A program made the translations under genes and the position numbers. From Moniliella sp. 'wahieum' (Eukaryota): a stretch of DNA of 64,000 bases. The DNA lies in assembly GCA_003971905.1 (NCBI GenBank), contig RSEE01000030.1:1-64000 (forward strand), read 5' to 3'. This document shows, piece after piece, positions 35,101 to 47,849 of the stretch. The notes beneath the pieces were generated by a model, which saw only the letters and a program-made list of their open reading frames with translations, did not search any database and was not told the origin of the DNA. Each line of letters starts with the position of its first letter. The first letter of the stretch is position 1.

Positions 35101-37273
35101 ATGGGTGTATTCAATCCTTAGGCCTCAGAGGTATCTCGATAGGAATGCCTAGATGCGTTTGTCACAGTGATGCATGCCTGGTGGCTATATATTTGCGCCC
35201 TTCATTTTATCTCCCTGAATCGTTTAGTAGCACGCAACTGTCAGTGGCTCACAATCTGTGAGCGGCAGCGTATGGTATAGGTGTCGTGGAAGCGCTCGCT
35301 TTGTTTGCGGCTCAGCGGCTCGCCTAATGTTCTTAGCCCATCAGGCGCATCAGGCCTCAGATCTCAGAAGGTGAAGTTGGAGCAAAAGATTGGAGTGTTT
35401 GAAAGCCCGCCCACACGTCCTCATAACACGTCCTCACTGGTACTTACCCTCTGTGGGCTAATCAAACTAAGCGTGTATAAACATTTGCATAGATCAAGCT
35501 GACGCGTGTGTTACCAGGACTGCCCCCGTGTAACAATGCACATTGAGAGGCGTCGAGGCTTTCCGTTCCATACGCAGCAACATAGTTGCTACGTGTAGTA
35601 GCTATAGGGGATTGCTTTTCTGTGTGCCAGGTTTTGCCGCACCAAGAACCGATCACTTGAGAAAAAGGAACATCATAATTGGGGTGTGGGAGGATGTATG
35701 CAGTGGCCAAGCCCGAGAAGGCACCAAAGGAAGATTGGTGCGAGGTATAGTGACGAGTTAGTGACGGGTGTCGAATGGAATGCGGAGGTGGTGGGTGGAG
35801 GATAGTTTAGGATGGCCAAGGATGGTCGGGTGCACCAAAACGCCACATGGAGTGGGTGGTAATGTCACAGTGACAAGTGACCGGATGTGACACGTGAACG
35901 TTGAACGAGTGAAGAGTGAAGGTGAACATCTCTAACGTTAAACTGCGTAGAGAAAGAGGTGGCTTGTGGGGCACGTGACAGGACTGCCGGAACACGCGTC
36001 CAGCGTCCGGTTTCTCAACAGTTTCTCAACACAAGGAAAAAGCGGAAAGATGTCGATATGGAGAAATGGCAACGGCAACGCAACGGCAGATTTATACTAA
36101 CGCTGAGATCTGTGAGAGTGAGATCACTATACCACTAACCTCTAGCATTTCAGGTTTAGGTAGGCCGTAGGGCGCTACGCATCAGCCTAGGCGGCCTAGG
36201 CCTTAGCGCTGAACCTCAGCAGCCTCAGCCTTGAGACACGTGATCCTTGGTCGATCATATGCTCTGCATGGTGATCTGTCTATAGGCTCAGAAGGCCACA
36301 CAGCCTGCCACACAGCGTCCTATTAAGATCTCAGCAGAGAGCCTCGTCACTAGCACAGATGCTCAGATCCCAGAGGTGCTGGGTGCGCCCTGGTGCGCCA
36401 CACCTTACTGTTATCACCTGTTCACAATCAACACGTATGCATCGAGTTGGTATAGGCCCGCAGTAAGAACGGACTCGGTGTGCGTGTTGCTACTAGCTGG
36501 CTTGGCTGAGATGTACTAGTAGTTCGTTCAAAAAGCCTGTGCGAGACAATTCCATCAGGCGTGTTCGATGACCTCAAAAACACCATGGGCAGGTTGCCAT
36601 GAGGGGCGTGGGTTGTGCGAGCGCTGAGTGAGCGGCGAGGGCGAGTAGAAGGTGTGCGGACCGTGTTGGATGTGAGATCTGAGGCTCGGAGGTCTGAGGC
36701 TGGAGGGAGGGTGCGATGAAAAATGTAGTAGAGTCCCCTCTCAACCGGCAGTGCAGCTATACAAGCGCTGTGGAGTGTTGAGTGAGGTGCCCTGGGGCAT
36801 GTGGGAGCGGGCAGATGTGGCCAGAGGTGCTGGGGATCGAAGGGGGCAGGAGTGGCCGGAGGCGCGTGAGGGGAGCCACAGGCCGCTGCCCAAACAGACC
36901 GCGGCGGCAGGCCACAGCCGATTGCCGATGCAACTTCTACCGCAGCAATAACTGCCGCCCGTCTGACTATGATTCCCAGCCGCCGCACGCTCTGCTGCCC
37001 TGCCGTGCGTCATCGATCACCCGTGCCCGTCACCCGCCAGCCTCGCTGCCCCCCCCCGCGGCAGTCACGTGCACGGCGCCAGTGTGTAGGTCCCCCGCCG
37101 CCGCACGGGGGCAGTGGCCCGCGCTGCGGGTTGCGCCGGTGGGCACACACTGGCGCCGCGGCGGCGGAGCGTAGAAGTTACGTGACCCATGCCCTGTGCT
37201 GCTCACCACCAGCCCCGCCAGCTGCTCTACTTGAGCGCCGCTGCCGCCTCCATCCCGCCCACCACCGCCCGCC

Positions 37274-39352
37274 ATGGTCCTCGTATGTCCTCCTGCCCGC
37301 CCGCCTCTCCCTCGCTCGCTTGCTGACGCTTCTCTCCCCCCCCTCCCTCAGTCTGCCCGCCCCACCGTCCGGCCGCGCACCGCCGCCGCCTCTTCTCCTC
37401 CACTGCCTCGGCGCCCGCAGGCAAGACAATGACCACCCGCAGCACCGCCCGCGGCCTCAGCGACATTACCAACCGTGCTGACGGAGCGCGCCGCCCGCCA
37501 TCCGCCCGCTCCGCCAAAGAGGCAATGGACCAGAAAGCGGCACGCGCGCCCGTCGTCAAATCGACCGTCCGCGCCAGCTCGGCCGCTGTGAGGACCGGCG
37601 AAGCTGCTGGTGCCGCTGGCACGGTGCCTGCCCGCTCGGCTTCGGTTGTCCGTCGCACGGCCGCGACGGCGCATCCGCCGCTACTGCTTCTCGGCCTGCT
37701 GTTCGCCGTCCAGCAGCGGCCTCGGTGCGTGCTGCTGCCCCCAGCACTTCGGCCCGTGCCATCCCGCGCCCCCCGCCTCGACAGCTTCTTCCTCGGCCAC
37801 CAGCACGGCCTCCTCACGCCCTCGGTCAGTCAAGCGCGTAGCCAGCCGAACCGAGTTGGTGCCCGAGACGAAGAAACAGCGTGTGGGTCATGCACGCACT
37901 GCCTCCACATCATCTACCCCGCCCGCGCCGCTCGACCGGCCGAGCAGACGACACGGACCCAGCCTGCGACTGTGCAGGAGCCCGTCGCAGAGCAGGCACC
38001 GAAAGATGCTGGATGGGAAGACCTGGACCAGATCGATTGGTACGATCCGGTCATGGTGTCTGAGTATGCGGATGATGTGTTTGCGTATATGAAGGAGCTG
38101 GAGGTTCGTTTTGCTTGCCTGTCCCTTGACCGTAGTCGCTGCGGGCCCTGTGTCTCCCCATTGGGCTATTTTTTTTGTTTCGTTGATTTTCTGACACGCC
38201 CATTGTGCGTTTCTCGGTTCAGGTTAAGACCATGCCCAGTGACTCGCTCCTCAAACAACAGGAGGAGATTGCGTGGAGCCACCGAAGTACCTTGGTGGAC
38301 TGGTTGATCAGTGTCCACTACAAATTCCGTCTGCTGCCAGAGACGCTATTCCTAGCGATCAACATCTTGGACCGCACGCTCTCGACGGGCCCGGTACTGT
38401 TGTCCAACTTTCAGCTGCTGGGGACGGCCAGTCTGTTTATTGCGGCCAAGTACGAAGAAGTAATGTGCCCCTCGATCGAGTACTTTGGTATGTGCGGCGG
38501 GAATACGTTTAGTGAAGACGACCTACGCGATTGCGAGCGTCATGTGCTGCGCAAGCTCGATTTAATCTCTCCTACCCCAACCCCGATGAACTTTTTGCGT
38601 CGCATCTCCAAAGCGGATGAGTACGATGTCGAGACGCGTACGTTGGCCAAGTACCTGTTGGAGATCAGTCTGGTGGACTGGCGCTTGCTTGCCCACCCTC
38701 CTTCGGCCTTGGCCGCTGCCGCTTTCTGGTTGGCGCGCCGTATGCTGGACCGAGGCGCATGGAACCCAACGTTGGTCCACTACTCGACCTACCTCGAAAG
38801 CGAGTTGTTGGCAACGGCTGAGATCATGTTGGACTACGTACTGCGCCAGCCGGCGCAAACCCAAGCGGCAGAAGACGCCCACGCTGCCGCCGACGGCGCT
38901 GCCGTTACGCAGTCGGAGCGGCATCCCAAGTTTTTCAAAAAGTATTCCGCCAAGCGCTTCTTTGTCGTGGCGACCTACGTCCGTGCTTGGGCCGCCAACA
39001 CGTACCCGCGCTCTGTGCTGATCGGCCGGGGCGAGCCGGAGGCCGAAGACCCCATTGCGGTCGACCTGTTTACCGAACGGGGGTACGAGCGACCCAACTC
39101 GGCGAGCCTGATGCGCATCTTTAACTTTGCCGGTGCCACGTGGCTGCCGCCGTCGGACGACGCTGAGGCCGGCTTGGTCCCCATGCCCTTTTCACCCCAA
39201 CGGGTGTACCGTGGTGCCGAGCCGATGCGCACCACCCCTTCCCACCAAAGCACGGTGAGGGACGAGGATGCAGAGATGGCCACCACTCTTTCTTGGACGG
39301 TGAGCAGCACAGCTCTTCACCGGGCGAAGTGTCGGACGAGCTTAGAATTTAG
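37274..39352 (+). CDS. B-type (G2/M) cyclin, Cdc13/Clb1-like
   Basis: D-box-like RGLSDITN, DPVMVSEY, LVDWLISVHYKFRLLPETLFLAIN, AAKYEEVMCP, PMNFLRRISKADEYD. Micro-exon MVL followed by a GTATGT intron, and an intron ~38104-38222. The 3' end assumes a late frameshift. Confidence 0.92.
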
Positions 39353-40687
39353 AGGCGTTTGCTTTACTCATCCCTCTTTTCACGTGCGGGAACTTTTCCT
39401 TTCCAGCATGCCGTCGTTGCCCGCAAGCCCCCACGAACGTCTGATCCGTCAGCCGCTCCGATCTGTATACTACCTCCTCTTTCCCTCTGCCGTTCCTTCC
39501 CGATCCATCGCTTCGGCTGGCACCTCCCCCCTCCCCCTATCCTCCACGGCCACCTTCTTCCCCCCCTAACTCCCTGTATCTTGTCGGCAGGGAATGAGGC
39601 CGAAGGTCAATTCTCTTTTCCCCTCCCTCTTTTGACTTCTCTTGCATTCTCACCATGGCGGTGATGCATCCCCCTTTCTTTGAATCGTCTCTTAATACGA
39701 TTGCGACCAGCTGTGGTCGTTGGCAGTGTGTTCCATCTGCCACAGTGCATCCCATAGGTCATGCATGCAGAGAGGGTGGAAGGCTAGTATTACACTGCAC
39801 CCCTCCCCTCCTCGGGTTCGGCATTCGGTACGCGGATCATAAGTCCATGCATGGTAGCCGGAGCGCCAGGACAGAGGGGCGAAAACGAGGGAATGCCTGG
39901 GGGATGAAACGGCGCAAGGGGCGGTCTGTAAGAAGATCATGGACACTTCTCCCCCCGTACATGGCAGCGGCGATGGGGTTGCTGCGTACAAACAGGATGC
40001 GGTGTGTGGATTGTGCGGCAATATCCCCCACGCCACGGCGGCAACCAGTGGAATGGCTGGCAGGCGAGGAAACGAGGGGGATATGTACTGCCCTGACGAA
40101 ATCGTTGGTAAGTAGCCAGCACGTTGGAGGAGCGCAGGAAGGCGACGCAAGCGCAACGCACCCAGATGTTACATTTCCGTCTTTGTCCGGCCCCGCCTCC
40201 TCTCCCCTTGGCGCCTCGGCCCACGCCGGCTGCACGCCCACACCCACACCCTCTCCCACCGTGCGCAACCACTTCCCACCCCCGCTCCACTGCCCCCCCT
40301 CCTCTCCAGCCGGGCCTGGCAGGATCCAAACCATGGTGCTCGTTCACCCCCCCTTCGGTTGGGCAGGTCTTATCTCGGATCATCAGCCGCCTGACCAGCC
40401 AGAGTCATGTGACTTGGGACTTGGTGCGCTCCCGCTCGTCTTACTTCAGTACTCAGTGCCAAAGCGACGCGGGCCGTCGCACCAACATCAACTTGATGCC
40501 CACGCGCAATGGGAGAAAGAACAAGATAGCATAGCATAATAATAATGGGATGCGAGTCATGGCAAGCATCCAGAAGGACAGAGCCACAATAGAGCAAGTA
40601 CAAGCAATGCGACGGGGAGGGGGTGGGGACCATGGCGGGGCGGGGAACATTATTGGCGGGGCGAGAGGGGAAACCAGCGCTGTACGT

Positions 40688-43600
40688 CTACTGTTCTTCT
40701 TTTCGACTGGGGTAGTTGCTTGCTGCAACTTGCGCAGTTTTTCGAGTTGGCAAACACGCTGGAAAAGTCGTTTTGCTGTTCGATGTGGGTGGGGACCATG
40801 TAGGCTTCTCCACACAGTTCCTGACGGCGAGCGCGATGCGGTCCAAGCGCAAGATGAACGAGGACCAAGCGGTGGCACCGACGGCATAGGTAAAGTAGTT
40901 CATGTCCTCCACCGTAGCGCGGTCCAGGTGGCGGGGCAAGTGGAGCTCAGCATGATTTCCTCGCCTTCTTGGTCCTCCATATCGTACGCAGACACCACGT
41001 CAAACCGTTCTTCATGGCAAACAGCCGGTCCAGTAGGGGCGCCGGAGTGATATGGGGCATGGGCTTGCCCCCCGCCAAGGAGTAGAGCTCATATGCGCAA
41101 CAGCAAACATGTCTCCGACAAAGCGCGGGTCGGACAGTCGCAGGCGCTTGGCCTGGCCCGCGCCCAGGGCCCGGCTGGGTCTTGAGCACATTGAACGCAT
41201 GAGTCAACTGCTTGGTCGCATCCAGCAGCGCATCGTTCAGTTGTTGGTACCGGTCCGCAGGCCATTTGCCCAGCGATACCTCGTACGCCGTGTTGGGGCT
41301 GATCGCACGCAGACGCCGAATCTTGCCGCGCAGACCGATCAGCGACTTGTTCAGCCGTACCCGCTCCGGCTCGTCTTCCGGCACCAAATTCGAGTCGGGG
41401 TGGGTGGCCGCCCAGGTCAGCACGCTGCTGGTCAGCTTGGTCAGTTCCGCAATGCACGCCGCATGGCCTTGTCGCTGGTACGCCCGCAACGTGTGGGACG
41501 GGGGGAGAAAGCTGCCGACGACCGCCGCGCCCAGACCAATCAGCACGAGCACCAAACGTCGCCACATAATGTCGGCGCCATAGGTCAATGGGCCTGGCGA
41601 GGGAAAGTGGGTGTTCTGCCAGCTGTAGCCCATAACCAAGAAGGAGGTGACGACGAGAACCAGCTTAAGCGGCGAGCAGAGGGGCTGTAAGTGCGAGAAG
41701 AAGAGCAGCGGGAAGGCCACTGCGCAGGTGACTCCCATGCCCCACACGTTGCCCCTTCCATTGCCCGTAGAGATGTACCAGATGATGCCGCCAAAGCATG
41801 CGCCTACCGCGGTTGCGATGATCCGGACCAACGTTCCATACACAGTGTCGCCCCTCCACCGGCTCAGGGTTAGCTGGGCCATAAACGAAGCCCACACCGC
41901 CTTTTGTTGATAACAAAAAGGTGCCGAGGGGCGGTAGTACTGCGGCAAGGACACGAGCGCTGTCATGCCCCGGCTTTCCACACGAACGTCGATTGGAGGT
42001 AAAGAGCCACTTGGTACAGCTCCACACGCGTTGCCCTGTCCACTCGAGCACGTCTCTGGTTCCAACGCATCCGGGTTGCGCGGCGCGCCCTCGCCCAGTT
42101 CCACGCATGCGCTTCGGTGAAATCCGCGGCCAACTGCGACTCTCCAGTTCGCCGCCATCTTCTCCGTCCCCGTGCTGCCCATCCACGCTTCCAAACGGCG
42201 CATGTAGCGCCCGTCCGGGAGCCAGACCCGAGCCACCTTGCCATTTGTCGTGACCTCTTCCGCCTTGCGGAGCAAGCGGAGGATTGGCGCGACAGCTGAA
42301 GCAAGGCAAACTGATGATTGAACGCTTGATAAATGTAACGATGAGGAATGGCGTGGGGGTCAAATTCGCCATCGGGAGTGATGAGAGGGGCGAGAATGAG
42401 AAGACGCTCGGTTTGCCTCAAACTGGTCCCGGGCAGCTTGCAGTACATCAATCGTCTCTTTCAGCTTGGCGCTCGCGTCGTTCAAACGCTTCAGTGCCTT
42501 TTCGGGGGCGAAAAAGCGATCGTAAAAGTCCTGCATCCGGTCCTGGTTCAGCTTGCGGAAAAAGTCAGCCATTTTGGTAATTGCCTCGGCTGTGCGCTGG
42601 AGCATTCCTTCTCGGACTGGCCGAGTCGGTTCATGGTCTCCTCTGTGTACCGGTTGGAGCTTTCCGGGTGCAAATAGGCCTCGACCGTAGAGGCCGGAGA
42701 CTCTCCCATGTACCCACGGGAGCGCCTTTGCAAACGGGCACGCAGCCGAGAAGGTGAATTGGACCGAGAAAGACGGGAGCGCAAGTGAGAGCGGTGATGG
42801 GGGTGGCCATGTTCATGATGGTGGTGGGAGCGAGTGGGGATGACGAACCGTCTTCTGACCGCCGAGGGCGCAGCACATGGTGCAGCAGGTCGTGCAGTCC
42901 TCCAACATCGTGATCGGGTCGTTCAGGGGCCGGGGAAGTGTTCCCGTCCCCATATCGGGGAAATAGCCCCGATCGGCATCTCCACTTTCTCTTGGGCGTT
43001 CAAGAATGGGTGTGTGCGCTGGAGAGGCAGTGCGCGAAGCCGAGGGGGTTGCACGACCCGACTGGTAAGGAGTCCGGATCATGCCCGGGGTGGGGTCGGG
43101 GTCACAACAGAGGGCGCGTAGCGAATGTCGGCCTTGATCCCACTGTATACTGGGCCATCGCATCCATAGCTGCAAAATGAAAACGCAACAATGGAGGTTA
43201 GTCCCCGTGCACTGGTTCCTAAAGAAAAGGTACGCACGGAAAAATCTTGCGGACAAGGATTTCCATGTCCTTGAGATCTTGCCCCGAGGCATGGCCCACC
43301 GTCACTTACGCTTAAGCAAACGCGAACTCATCTGCAGCAGAGGAATGCCGCCCTCGGCGCGATGGATTGTGTCTTGTACGGCATCAAAGTTAAAGTCGGG
43401 GTCCAGGGGACTCTGTTGCAGCAAATCCCTCTGGATCTCGACGACGGAGAGGATAGGGTCGAGGATGGCAACGAAAGCGTTCGCAAAACAACGCATTGTT
43501 GCTCTTGGGGAAAAGTATGCTGACAATGATCGTCACTGCACACTTGACCGCAAGTGGGACCATCATCCACGCGCCAAAGGTGTACATGGGGTAGGGGTAC

Positions 43601-44373
43601 ATGGCGGCATACGTAAGTGATATGTTCATAACCATGCACCCAACACTGAACCAAAGAGAAATGGCGAGGGCCCAAGGAAGCCTTGATCCACAGGTACATG
43701 GCGCAACCAAACGCTTGGAAGACCGCACAGACGACCGAAGGCTTCATCAGCTCAATGTAGTCCCCATTTATGATGGAGGCGGGGCTAGTAATGTGCGAAG
43801 CTGGCACCTTTTGTGGCGCACACGGTGGGCATACAATGGCGATGCACGAGTAGGCCCAGGCGAGCGTGCACAAAAACATAAACCACATCTCGCTCAACGA
43901 CCGAAGCCAGCGGTGCGTCAGCGGCCTGCAATCCCGACGCGATCAGGACGAAAAGGCCATCTTGCCCAGGGTGCGGTTGACAGGATTGATCATGATCATC
44001 ACCATGAGGATCCAGGTGGCGAGCGCGCTGCGCAAGACAGGCTTGAGCTTGGACCACGTCAGGTTTGGCGGAATCCAGGCGAGCTCGGCGAGGAGCCACT
44101 TGGTGAACGCATTGTTGCGCCACACGGGGGGCTGTTTCGCCTCTTGGTCCTTTTGCTGGTCGGGTGGAGGCGCTGGCGAGGGGTGGGAGGCGGGGCGGAG
44201 GCGGGGAGGGGAGCAGGAGCGGGGACAGGGGACTTTCGTGGTGTGATGGTCAGGAGGAAGTGTCGTGGCGAGAGACGAGGGTGAGGTCCTCGTGGGGGGG
44301 GGGAGAGTGGGATCGGCGAAGTGACGGTGGCGGCGCGCGTGGGGGGGAGAGGCGGGGGGGCAGGACGCGGCAT
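40688..44373 (-). CDS. ArAE_2/FUSC-like multi-pass membrane protein (putative ER transporter family)
   Basis: WIPPNLTWSKLKPVLRSALATW, later GGIIWYISTGNGRGNVWG, LVMGYSWQNTH and WRRLVLVLIG. These match fungal ArAE_2_N/FUSC_2/ArAE_2 proteins as I recall them. Ends approximate. Confidence 0.8.
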
Positions 44374-45191
44374 GCGGAGGAGGGGGGAGAGGAGGAGGAG
44401 GAGGAGGAGGAGGAAAAAGCACCGCGTGTATCGGGTTGTATCGGCTGGGCTCTGATTTCTGATTGCCCAGCCGCGGGCTTAATGCAGGCGCGTACCGCGG
44501 CGTTCCTGGTGGCATGTCCCAACTCCGAACGCGCAGATTGCACATTTCAAAGTGGGTGGTGGGAGGTCATCGATCAGCATGCATGCACGCGGTCACCTGA
44601 CCGCGTCCCGGTCGCTCTGGCGTCGGAGGAACGCAGGCTGCAAGGGGTGGCTGGTGGGGCGCGGGTGGGGCGCGCGAGGGTGGCACGCGCACACACTCGC
44701 CCCATGGCCCCATCCGAATCATGGGGTCCGGCGCTCAGGCCGGCCACTGACAGGTCACCGGTCGGCTCACAGTGATTACGTACCTTGACGTGTAACATGT
44801 CGCATCTGAATATTGAACGTTGAATTTCCGTGCGGGCAGGCAGGCCGTGGTGCGACGGAAAATGGACGAGCAATGGTCGATGGACCCACACCTGATCCAC
44901 TGGCAGACCCTGAGAGCGAGCTGAGTTGGGCACGGGCCACGCCGTCTGACGCCTGGTGACCGGTACCTGCACCCGGCCCTTGCCTTGCGCTCTCCGTTCC
45001 CTCTCTACACGCTACAACTAGAACTAGAATCCAGATCCATCCGCGTATTGGAAGAAACAAAAGCACCAGCTCAACAACAGTAGCGGCAGCCTCCCTCCCT
45101 CCTGCATGCGCCTGGTCATATCATCCCAGACAGAGCATGAGTGCAGAAAGCTCCTGCCCAAATCCAGTCCACGGGACCGCTAGTCGCGGGG

Positions 45192-46302
45192 CTAAAGAAG
45201 GGCAAGGGCCATAGCGGTCACAGCGATCACAGAAAGGTGACCATGTCGGGAAAGTGGAGGCGCATCAACTGGTAGATGAACTGGGTTGACGCGGGTAACC
45301 AAGCACGATCGCTCCCAGCGTGTCAGAGGAACACGGTAGCCACCCCACGTGTCGACGGTAGTGATGAACTGGTACAGCAACTCGAGTGCCGCATACGCGT
45401 CGTTGGCCGCGTACTCTTGTTGTTTCGGCGTGAGCGGCAGTGGGACCAAACGCTGCTGGACCTTGCCCTTGGGCATGGGCAAGCCGAGGTACTCCCGGGT
45501 CAAGCGCGCCAGACCGACCGCCTGCGGCCGGCGCGAGGGATCCCGCGGGTCCTCCCAGTCCTCAGGAAAATACGCAGCGCCATATTGGACAGGTCCACTG
45601 CGCCAACCACACTGGCGCCCGTGTCGCGGTACAGCTTGCGCACGTCGTACGAAATGCCCACGCCTACTTGAGGATAGCCGGATCGGCCAGCATCCGCTCC
45701 AACGCGGGCGGTAATTCCGATCCGACCGGCAGCTGGATGAGCGCAATCCGTTTGCGCGACGCCAGCTGGATCAAGGCCACTGGATTTTCCGGTGTCCCCC
45801 TGGTATACGTCGGGTCCCACTCCAGGTCAAGCCGATCGGTTCCTTGGCATTCCATTGAGCAAGTTCCCTGGTGACAGCTTCGGGGTGGTCAGGTACGCCA
45901 GGTGCGGCACTGCAGTGACCTTCCACAAGGCGCGGCAGTTTTGAAAGGGGAGATGGAGATCAATGCGGTCCTCGACCGTGCGGTAACTGTACTGGCCGTT
46001 CGGAACGGCAGAGTGTCCGGGCCAGGGTAATTTGGAGCGCGCCGAAGGGGCAACCTGTCGGGAACGAGAGCAAGCATACTGGTCAACCACTACCGGAGAA
46101 ATGGTCACGCTAGCAAGGTACAGCTCGCCCTGGATGACGCAGGGATTGCAGGGCCTGGCTACCGCGTCCGCGTCCGCAACCTTGGCCAGACGTTGGCGGA
46201 ATGAAGGGAGGGAGGGGAGGGACTTGGGCTTACATAGTGGTAGCCGATATACGCCTCGGAGTCATAATCATCGTCATAGTAGGAGTCGTGGTAGCCGTAC
46301 AT
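45192..46302 (-). CDS. WRN/EXD2-like DEDDy 3'-5' exonuclease
   Basis: ExoI LDLEW, VALIQLA, ExoII KVGVGISYDVRKL, GLARLTREYLG, ExoIII QQEYAANDAYAA. Start MYGYHDSYY is inferred. Confidence 0.88.
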
Positions 46303-46899
46303 GATGGGGAGGGGCGAAGCAGGTGCTGCTTTGGTGGCCAGGCGAGGGGAGGGGTGTGGCGGAGGGCGATGGAGGACGTGGGACGAGATGGAAGTGGTGC
46401 TTGTGGATGCACTGGGATGCTGCGGGGGCATGGAGATGGCAGATGATCGGTGATCGGTGATCGATGACCGCCGGCTAGACAGGCCCTCTGCGCTGCTGGC
46501 ACGACGCCCCGCTGTCGAGTCAGCATCATGCACCATCGATCCTCAATCATCGATCATTAACATTACGCTTCGCCAGGCTGCACCGTGCTGCGGCTGGTTG
46601 CCCTGCTATAGGTGGCATCTACGCTGGTCTCCACCACCGGCACCCATCCAATAACCCCGGCTTCTCGCCACCCGGCACGCCGTTTGGCCGTGCTCGTGAT
46701 CCACACGAGGAGGACTGCAGCTCTCGAGCCGCTCGAGCGGTCAGTGCGTTGGTTGAACGTTGATGCGATCTGGTCCAGTGGGTCCGGCGCACCCATGTCT
46801 TGTCCCACCCACCGCATGTCCGTCCTCCAGGGCGCCGAGGCAGGGCGCGTGACGTGGCGCCGTATCTCGGTCATCGATCATCCCACGTCTCACAACACA

Positions 46900-47093
46900 T
46901 GTGAGAACCATGGGAAACAGTCAGCGCCAGCGCGGCGCGCGCTGCTCCCACAGAGTGTGCGGCCATTCAGTTGTCTATATACATCTTCGATCTGCCCTTC
47001 TTGCAGCAGTAGCCTATCCTCTGACCAGCAACCCTTCCTCTCTCTCTCTGTCAAGTCATCAGATCCCAGAAGTGCGAGAGAACAAGTCCCACA
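46900..47093 (+). mobile_element. Possible solo LTR (~194 bp)
   Basis: TGTGAGA...TCCCACA termini (6/7 inverted match), internal TATATA, flanks ACACA/ACAAA (4/5 TSD-like). No second copy in the window. Confidence 0.35.
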
Positions 47094-47849
47094 ACAAACA
47101 TCGGGCGGCCAGCTGCGTTGGGACTAATACTGTAATATTTAGTAGTCCGAACGGTCCACCGGGACCTCGACGGCTCAAAGTTGAGGTGAGGTTCAACAGA
47201 GAAAGATGAGGAAATTGATGGAGGGAAGGTAGTGGGCAGGCACATGCAATCTGCGAAAAGGGAGACAGCGTGTGTGCATGGGACATGTGACCCAACTTTT
47301 CGTTGAAATACGTCTCCCTCCATTGCAGCTGTTCTGAGGGCTGAACGTTGAACAACAACGATGAAGATACGCTGGACCCTCACGCTATGAACACCTGCTT
47401 CCCCGCGCTATGGATACCGCAGAGAGCACCGGTACGAACGAAGACGAGGAGGCTGGTATTCCCCCGATCTTGCCGTTTCGCCCAGCGCAGGGGTCGTCAT
47501 GTCCCTCTTGCGATCGGGTTGTATCGGGACGTACGGACCCATTCAGTTTTCGCTTTGCTTGAACGAGAGGCTACCATCCCCGAAACGGTCGAAAGAGCTC
47601 GCGGTATAGGCCCTTCTCCATCTTCTCCATCCCGAGTGTACTATTAAGGCTCGGCAACAAGAATGGTTTGGCCATGGTGTTTTCGTCGGGAGTTGTCTTC
47701 CTCTCTCGAGGTCCGAGGAATTTGCTACGTTTGACACAGGGCAATTTTCCTGGCCCAGATCGGTCGTGGCAAACCGTTGGTCCAAGTTGGGGTGACGGTT
47801 GTTTCTGTTCCTGTACCGGACCTGGTCCACCATGTATCGTCGCATTATC

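Noticed and set aside
39655..40539. 294-aa ORF between the cyclin and the membrane protein
   Set aside because: No domain features. It lies between convergent 3' ends in GC-rich DNA, where long chance ORFs are common.
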